Source: Vicinamibacterales bacterium (GTDB lineage: Bacteria; Acidobacteriota; Vicinamibacteria; Vicinamibacterales; 2-12-FULL-66-21). From it: a stretch of DNA of 64,000 nucleotides. Position 1 is the stretch's first letter. Each line of letters starts with the position of its first letter. The position numbers and the translations under genes were made by a program. Of this stretch, positions 43,603-51,139 are shown in pieces. The DNA lies in NCBI GenBank assembly GCA_035491715.1, contig DATJKH010000029.1:23555-87554 (forward strand), in the 5' to 3' direction. The notes beneath the pieces are model-generated. The model ran no database searches. It was not told where the DNA came from and saw nothing but the letters and a program-made list of their open reading frames with translations.

Positions 43603-44739
43603 TTAAGAAGCGAGCGCCGCCTGCATCATGGCGCGCGTGTAGCCGACGTTGAACGCATAGCCGGCGTATCCGCCGCCGCCCGGATACTGCGGTTTGAAAT
43701 TCGGGCGTTCGCGGTCGTAGTCGATCCCGCGCGGGTGCTCCGGATACACCAGGCGGGTGTATTTCTGCCGCACCAATTCCTTCATCACCGAAAACATGTC
43801 ATTTTCGCCTTCGTCGATGAAGACCTCGGTATAGCGTTCGTAAACCTTCTGCACTTTGACGTTCCGGAAATGGACGTGATTGATCCGGTCCCTCGACCCG
43901 AACCACCGGCACACTTCCACGGGATCGCCGCCCATCTCCCGCGTGACGCCACAGTCGAACGTGATCCCATTGGATGGCGAGTTCACGATGCCGACGAGCT
44001 TCTTCCATCCGTCGATAGTTGCCATGATTTGTTGTGAACCACGGCTGATCGGAGCTGGCGGATCGTTCGGATGTAGCGCGAGACGTACTCCGGCCTTCTC
44101 AGCTTCGGGCACGATTGCTTTCAGGAAGTACGTGATGTTGCTCCACATCGCGTCAAGCGAGTGCGCCCCCTCCTGGTCGAGCGGCGGAAGCCCCTTCATT
44201 CGCTCGTAGTCGAATCCGGTCCAGCCCGTACCCGCGCGGCCGGTCTCTTCGAAATAGCCTTCCATCGCGCGATGCGCATACCAGTTGTATTCCACGACGG
44301 GTAATCCAACACGGCCGGCGGCCTTGATCGACTGGATCACTTTCTCGATATCCGCATCGCGCTCGGGCCGGTTGTAGATCGCGTTGGGAAATCCGGAGAT
44401 CATCAGGTTGGCAAGCGTGAGCCCGTTCGCTTTCAGCCGATCCATCATTTCCTTGAGCCGGGCTTCCTCCCACGGAATGCGTGGTCCGCCAGCGATCACA
44501 TGGTCGACACCGAGTTGGCGGATGCGCCGACCGGCGGCTTCCGCGGCTTCATCAGGCGACGCACCTGCCGGGGCTCCCAGTCCGGCCTCGAGGCAGATCT
44601 TCGGTGTGTCCTTGCCTTCGAAGTGCGGGCGCGTCTGCGCGGCCGCGACGATCGGAGAGGCGCCATACGCGGCCCGCACTCCCAGCGCTGCAGCACCGGC
44701 GGTTTTGAGCAGGGTTCGGCGAGAGGGTTTCGTCGTCAT
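43603..44739 (-). CDS. mannonate-dehydratase-like (UxuA-type) xylose-isomerase-fold TIM-barrel protein with twin-arginine signal
   Basis: Tat motif SRRTLLKTAGAAALGV. The blocks LALHPNDPP and INHVHFRNV resemble UxuA. The subfamily call is tentative. Confidence 0.6.
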   Translation of the reverse strand: MTTKPSRRTLLKTAGAAALGVRAAYGASPIVAAAQTRPHFEGKDTPKICLEAGLGAPAGASPDEAAEAAGRRIRQLGVDHVIAGGPRIPWEEARLKEMMDRLKANGLTLANLMISGFPNAIYNRPERDADIEKVIQSIKAAGRVGLPVVEYNWYAHRAMEGYFEETGRAGTGWTGFDYERMKGLPPLDQEGAHSLDAMWSNITYFLKAIVPEAEKAGVRLALHPNDPPAPISRGSQQIMATIDGWKKLVGIVNSPSNGITFDCGVTREMGGDPVEVCRWFGSRDRINHVHFRNVKVQKVYERYTEVFIDEGENDMFSVMKELVRQKYTRLVYPEHPRGIDYDRERPNFKPQYPGGGGYAGYAFNVGYTRAMMQAALAS

Positions 44740-44791
44740 ATAAGCGGCTTAATACAGTAGCTATCGGCGGCTGTGTCAAGGGGAAATGGTT

Positions 44792-44849
44792 GGGTGCCGA
44801 GAGTGCCAGGAGTGCAAGGAGTGCCAGGAGTGCAGCCGTGCAGCCGTGC
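44792..44849. repeat. short tandem repeat array: about 5 x 9 bp (GAGTGCMAG) followed by 2 x 8 bp (CGTGCAGC)
   Basis: Read directly as GGGTGCCGA GAGTGCCAG GAGTGCAAG GAGTGCCAG GAGTGCAGC CGTGCAGC CGTGC. It lies in the 124-nt divergent intergenic region between 44739 (-) and 44864 (+). Confidence 0.85.
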
Positions 44850-44863
44850 TACATTCCCGGCTC

Positions 44864-46231
<1,368 letters not shown>

Positions 46232-48277
46232 ATGCGCCACACCCTCCTGGCCTTTGTTGCTCTGTCGGTCATGCTCGGGCCGGCCCGGCCGTCGTTCGAT
46301 CAGAGCACGTCACTCGCGCATGTCGAAGTGTCGCGCATGTCGATGGCCTGCCTGTACACCATCGACGCTTACGCGAGGACAAACGAACCGACGCTTCGTG
46401 CCACTCTGGAATCAGCGCTCGACGAAGTCGATCGGATCGATCGGCTGATGAGCCACTACAAACCGGAGAGTCCGCTGTCACGAATCAATCGCGAGGCGGC
46501 ACGTCATCCGGTCGTGGTCGACCCTGAGTTGTTTGGCTTCATCAAACAATCGCTGAAGTACAGCAGTGAGACCGGCGGTGCGTTCGACATCACCGTCGGG
46601 CCGCTGATGAAAGCGTGGGGATTCTTTCGCGGCGAAGGTCACATGACATCCGAAGCGGATCTCGCGAAGGTCATAAAACGCGTGGGGTCTCGTCACGTTG
46701 TGCTCAACGAAGACAAGCAGACGATTCGGTTCGATGTCGAAGGCGTCGAGCTCGATCTCGGCGGGATCGCCAAAGGCTATGCGGTCGATCGCGCCGTCGC
46801 CATTCTACGGGCAAACCACGTCGACGCCGCGCTCGTTAGCGCCGGCGGCAGCACCATCTATGCGCTCGGCGCGCCGCCAGAACGGATCGGCTGGAACGTA
46901 TCCATTCAGGATCCGACTGACGCCAGCAAAGTCGCGCGCGAGGTGACGCTCGTCAATCGTGCGCTGTCGGTGGCGGGTAGTTCCGAGAAATCATTCGAAG
47001 CCAACGGCACGCGCTACTCGCACATCATGGATCCGAGCACGGGAAGGCCGGTGCAAGGCGTGCTCAGCGTCGCCGTGGTGACCAACACCGGAACAAATGG
47101 GGATGCGCTCGACGACGCGCTGTTTGTGCTGGGGCCAACGAAGAGCGCTGAGTATTTAGAACGGCATCCAGGTGCGGAGGCTCTATTTTTTGTTCCTGAC
47201 AGTTCACGTGGGTGGACGCTGGTCGATTTGCAGCGGCAGACTGGCGATTTGGAAGCGTTGCCGTTCGCGCCCAGGCACTACATCGCCTTTCACGCCTCCT
47301 CACCGATTACGATCGACGGCAGACTGGACGATCCGTCGTGGAAGGACGCACCCTGGACGGAGACCTTTGTCGACATCGAAGGCGATCGACGGCCTCAACC
47401 TCGCTTCCGCACACGCGCGAAAATGTTGTGGGACGACAAATGGTTCTACATCGTGGCCGAGATGGAGGAGCCCGACGTGTGGGGTACGCTGACCAGGCGC
47501 GATTCGATCATCTTCCGCGACAACGACTTCGAAGTATTCATCGATCCCGACGGCGATACGCATGCGTATTACGAGCTCGAAGTGAACGCATTAGCGACTC
47601 CGTGGGATCTGATGTTGATCAAGCCATACCGCGACGGTGGCCCGGCGATCCACGCGTGGGACATCGCCGGGCTGCAGGCCCGCGTGGATGTGAAGGGCAG
47701 TCTCAATCGGCCTGGCGATCGCGACGAGGGCTGGACGATCGAGCTGGCGCTGCCCTGGGAGATTCTGAAAGAGGCACAACCAAACACGCGAGTACCACCA
47801 CGGCCGGGCGAGCAATGGCGGATCAATTTTTCCCGCGTCGAATGGCAGACAGAGGTACGCGACGGCGCCTACGTCAAGCGAACGAAACCTGACAGCACTG
47901 ATGCACTCGCGGAGGACAATTGGGTCTGGAGCCCACAGGGCGCCGTCAACATGCACATGCCGGAGCGCTGGGGATACGTCCAATTCACCGAGGCTCCAGT
48001 CAGCCCGTCTGCGTCGTTCGTCGACGATCTGAATGAACGCGTGAAGTGGGCGCTGCGGCGCCTCTACTACCGGCAGCGCGCCTATCGCACTGCGAACGGG
48101 ACTTACGCATCTACGCTTGATGCGCTGAATGCGGCCGACATTCGCGTCGAGGGCATCGCGTTCGCGCCGACGATGCAAACAACCGCCTCCGGCTACGAGA
48201 TCACGGCTCCCGGCTTCGATCGCACGATCGTCCACATCATCAGCGACGGGCGCGTCTGGGTGACGCGGAATCCCTGA
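46232..48277 (+). CDS. ApbE-family FAD:protein FMN transferase fused to a CBM9/DOMON-like domain, secreted
   Basis: The N-terminal half has the ApbE blocks SRINREA, FDITVGPL, DLGGIAKGYAVD and HIMDPSTGRP. The C-terminal half (ITIDGRLDDPSWKDAPW...KMLWDDKWFYI...FEVFIDPDGD..YYELEVN) resembles carbohydrate-binding family 9-like modules. The ATG immediately follows the permease stop (TAGATG). Confidence 0.7.
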   Translation: MRHTLLAFVALSVMLGPARPSFDQSTSLAHVEVSRMSMACLYTIDAYARTNEPTLRATLESALDEVDRIDRLMSHYKPESPLSRINREAARHPVVVDPELFGFIKQSLKYSSETGGAFDITVGPLMKAWGFFRGEGHMTSEADLAKVIKRVGSRHVVLNEDKQTIRFDVEGVELDLGGIAKGYAVDRAVAILRANHVDAALVSAGGSTIYALGAPPERIGWNVSIQDPTDASKVAREVTLVNRALSVAGSSEKSFEANGTRYSHIMDPSTGRPVQGVLSVAVVTNTGTNGDALDDALFVLGPTKSAEYLERHPGAEALFFVPDSSRGWTLVDLQRQTGDLEALPFAPRHYIAFHASSPITIDGRLDDPSWKDAPWTETFVDIEGDRRPQPRFRTRAKMLWDDKWFYIVAEMEEPDVWGTLTRRDSIIFRDNDFEVFIDPDGDTHAYYELEVNALATPWDLMLIKPYRDGGPAIHAWDIAGLQARVDVKGSLNRPGDRDEGWTIELALPWEILKEAQPNTRVPPRPGEQWRINFSRVEWQTEVRDGAYVKRTKPDSTDALAEDNWVWSPQGAVNMHMPERWGYVQFTEAPVSPSASFVDDLNERVKWALRRLYYRQRAYRTANGTYASTLDALNAADIRVEGIAFAPTMQTTASGYEITAPGFDRTIVHIISDGRVWVTRNP

Positions 48278-48316
48278 TCCCTCATCGCTCCACCCAGTGA
48301 TGGGGGATTCGCACGC

Positions 48317-48357
48317 TTGACATCCGGCGGCGCGACTGTCATACTGTCCTATGACAG
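48317..48357 (+). promoter_or_regulatory. candidate sigma-70-type promoter with an overlapping inverted-repeat operator for the downstream GntR gene
   Basis: TTGACA (48317-22), a 17-nt spacer, then CATACT (48340-45). A perfect inverted repeat CTGTCATA (48336-43) / TATGACAG (48350-57) overlaps the -10 element. The GTG start is at 48371. Confidence 0.5.
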
Positions 48358-48370
48358 ATAGGTCACAGAC

Positions 48371-48775
48371 GTGCGCTTTCAACTCAATTTCAAATCGGGA
48401 AAGCCGGTATATCTGCAGCTGGTCGACCAGGTGAAGTCGGCGGCCGCGTCCGGCGTCGTTCAGGCTGGCGATCCGTTGCCGTCGATTCGGCCTTTGGCCG
48501 AAGAGCTTCGCGTGAACCGCAACACGGTGGCGAAGGCCTATGCCGAGCTGGAGAACCAGCGCGTCATCGAAACCGTCGCCGGCAAGGGCTGTTTCGTTCG
48601 TGCGAGCAGTTCCCCTTTTAGAAAAGACGTTCGTCTGAAACTCGTTGCGGAAACGATCGACGATGCGGTGGTGCAGGCCCATCACCTGCAGGTCGGGAAA
48701 GCAGAGTTCCTCCGGCTGGCGGAGGAGCGGTTCGATGCATTCGAAGACAAAAGAGCCCGTGCGGTACACGAGTGA
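48371..48775 (+). CDS. GntR-family transcriptional regulator, YtrA-like short subfamily
   Basis: The winged-helix block LPSIRPLAEELRVNRNTVAKAYAELE is present, followed by a short C-terminal region. The protein is 134 aa. Confidence 0.85.
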   Translation: MRFQLNFKSGKPVYLQLVDQVKSAAASGVVQAGDPLPSIRPLAEELRVNRNTVAKAYAELENQRVIETVAGKGCFVRASSSPFRKDVRLKLVAETIDDAVVQAHHLQVGKAEFLRLAEERFDAFEDKRARAVHE

Positions 48776-48779
48776 CGCT

Positions 48780-49688
48780 ATGAATAATCACAGCGACGTC
48801 ATCGAGATCAATCAGCTCGTTCGTCGATACGGCAGGACCGACGCGGTGAACGGACTCAACCTGCGCGTGGAGCCTGGCCGTTGTTACGGCTTTTTTGGCC
48901 GCAACGGCGCCGGGAAGACCACGACGATCAAGTGCTTGCTGAATCTGCTCCGGCCGACCGGCGGAGAAGTCAAAGTCTTCGGAATGAATCCGGCCAGCAA
49001 CGAAGTGGCGGTCAAGTCGCGGCTTGCCTACGTCCCCGATTACGTGGCGTTCTATCCGTGGATGACGGTGCGCGACACGCTGGACTACTTCGCGTCGTTT
49101 CGTGCGTCGTGGAATCGCGACACCGAGCGCGCGCTGATCGACCAGTTCCGGCTGGACCCGGCGCAGAAGACAAGTCACCTCTCCAAGGGGCAGCGCACCC
49201 AGGTGGCCCTTGTTGCCGCAGTGTGCCCGGAACCCGACCTCCTCGTCCTCGACGAGCCGACGGCCGGTCTCGATCCGATCGTTCGCCGCGAGTTCATCCA
49301 GACTGTGATTGGCGCGTATCAGGATGCCGATCCCGGTCGCCGCACGGTGTTCGTCTCGACGCACTTGATTTCCGAGTTCGAAGGGTTGATCGACGAGTTC
49401 ACAATCATCGAGCACGGCCGGAACGTGCTGACGATGTCGGCCGATGCCGCCCGCGAGCGCTATCAGAAGATCCACGCGCGATTTGCCATTGAACCGGACG
49501 GGATCGAACTTGGCGGTGCGCGGGTGATACGGCAGCGCGGCCGGGAAATCGAACTGGTGATCAATGGCAACGCCGACGACGTGATGAATCGGCTGCGCGC
49601 CAGGGCGCTGGAGTCGATCACCACCGAAGCGTTGAGTCTCGAAGAGATCTTCGTCGCGACGCTGCAGCCCGGAGGGGCGGTCGCATGA
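48780..49688 (+). CDS. ABC transporter ATP-binding protein
   Basis: Walker A GRNGAGKTT, signature LSKGQ, Walker B LLVLDEPT. I chose the internal ATG 48780, 5 nt after the GntR stop. Confidence 0.9.
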   Translation: MNNHSDVIEINQLVRRYGRTDAVNGLNLRVEPGRCYGFFGRNGAGKTTTIKCLLNLLRPTGGEVKVFGMNPASNEVAVKSRLAYVPDYVAFYPWMTVRDTLDYFASFRASWNRDTERALIDQFRLDPAQKTSHLSKGQRTQVALVAAVCPEPDLLVLDEPTAGLDPIVRREFIQTVIGAYQDADPGRRTVFVSTHLISEFEGLIDEFTIIEHGRNVLTMSADAARERYQKIHARFAIEPDGIELGGARVIRQRGREIELVINGNADDVMNRLRARALESITTEALSLEEIFVATLQPGGAVA

Positions 49689-51139
49689 GCCCCAGCCGAC
49701 TGATTCCGGCGGATCTCTCCAAAGAGATTCGTGCGCTCCTGCCTTTGTGGCTCGGATGCGTTGTAATGGCGTGGCTCGGGGGGAGCGACCGCTTCCTGTT
49801 TCGCGTTGGGTTCGTTGCGTACTTGGTCGGATCCGCCGCACTTGGCGCTCTGTCGATCGGGCAGGAATATACCAATCGCACCCTGGCGCTCTTGCTGACG
49901 GTGCCGATTAGCCGTCGCCGCATATTTCTGGCGAAGGCGACGGTGCTGCTTCCGATGTTGATCGTCCTCGCACTTATTGCGCTGATCAGATTGCCGGCCG
50001 CGCCGATGGGCCGCGAGATGAGCGACACGGTGCTGGTTGGGCTGCTGGCGTTGCTAAGCAGTGCCTTTCTCGCGCCGTGGCTGACGATGGTATGCAGGAA
50101 CGTGATCGCGGGAGCGGTGTTCTCGCTCTCGATCCCGGCCGCCGTACTGATCGGCAGCGAGTTGCTGGCGCTGGTAATCACTGGAGAGGTCGATTCGCCG
50201 GCGTCGCAGTCGTTCAGGATGCGAGTGTTGTGGGCCGTCACGTTGCTATTGTCCGTGGTTGGTGCAATTTCGAGCTGGCGCACGTTCATGACGCTCGAAG
50301 CGGATGAGGGACCGCGAGCGGAATTCCGATTACCACGCTTTTTCAGTCGTTCGGGATCACGGGCACCAGCGTCGGACGGACTGCAGCGGATCCATCCCGT
50401 CTGGAGTCTTCTTCGAAAGGAATTCCACCTCCAGCAGTTGACCTTTGTGACGTCGGCACTCTACCTCTGCGGCTGGATTGCGACACTGGTTGGCCGGCGC
50501 ATGACAGGGCTCCGGGATGTCGAGGATGCCCTGTTGATTCTGACCATCGTCCACGGCGCGATTGTCGCTCTGCTCAGTGGATCGCTGGCCAGTGCGGAGG
50601 AGCGACACCTGGGTGTGCTGGGCTCGCAACTGTTGATCCCGGTGTCGACACGACGACAGTGGGCGATCAAGGTCGCGACCGTGTTCGTACTGTGTGTGCT
50701 TCTCGCGTTGGTATTGCCGGCAGGACTGATATTGCTCTTCGGGCTCGCACGTTCGGTGAGCCTCAATGTGCCGTTCGCGGCCGCCGTGATCATGCTGGCC
50801 GCCGTCTCACTGTATGTGTCATCGCTGAGCAGCAGCGGCCTGAAGGCGCTATTGGTGTCCGGGCCGGCCGCGCTCTCCCTCTTGGTGTTGATTCCGCTGC
50901 TTGGAGATTTCGTGCTCTGGGTTGGAAAACTGGTGAAGACCACGCCGAGGGGGGATGCGTTCGGGCCTGGCCCAACGGCATTGATTGCCGCGATCGTGTT
51001 TACTCTGTTGATCGCATTCGGCCTGACGAATCATCGATCGAGCGATCGGTCTTCGCTCGTCGTCTGGCGGCAGATTCTGTGGCTCTCGGGTTCGGTCTTG
51101 TGCGTCTTGCTCATCGCGCTGCTGACGTCTCGCGTTTAG
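49685..51139 (+). CDS. polytopic membrane protein; the N-terminal half is ABC-2-permease-like
   Basis: The block GQEYTNRTLALLLTVPISRRRIFLAK resembles ABC-2 permeases. The C-terminal half contains about 6 further TM helices. The ATG overlaps the ATPase stop. Confidence 0.6.
   Translation: MSPSRLIPADLSKEIRALLPLWLGCVVMAWLGGSDRFLFRVGFVAYLVGSAALGALSIGQEYTNRTLALLLTVPISRRRIFLAKATVLLPMLIVLALIALIRLPAAPMGREMSDTVLVGLLALLSSAFLAPWLTMVCRNVIAGAVFSLSIPAAVLIGSELLALVITGEVDSPASQSFRMRVLWAVTLLLSVVGAISSWRTFMTLEADEGPRAEFRLPRFFSRSGSRAPASDGLQRIHPVWSLLRKEFHLQQLTFVTSALYLCGWIATLVGRRMTGLRDVEDALLILTIVHGAIVALLSGSLASAEERHLGVLGSQLLIPVSTRRQWAIKVATVFVLCVLLALVLPAGLILLFGLARSVSLNVPFAAAVIMLAAVSLYVSSLSSSGLKALLVSGPAALSLLVLIPLLGDFVLWVGKLVKTTPRGDAFGPGPTALIAAIVFTLLIAFGLTNHRSSDRSSLVVWRQILWLSGSVLCVLLIALLTSRV

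Noticed and set aside
44786-44863. A Cys-rich N-terminal extension, MVGCRECQECKECQECS, looked like a zinc-binding or RiPP-like leader peptide.
   Set aside because: It is the in-frame translation of the 9-bp tandem DNA repeat. The permease has a normal N-terminus from ATG 44864, and no maturation enzymes are adjacent.
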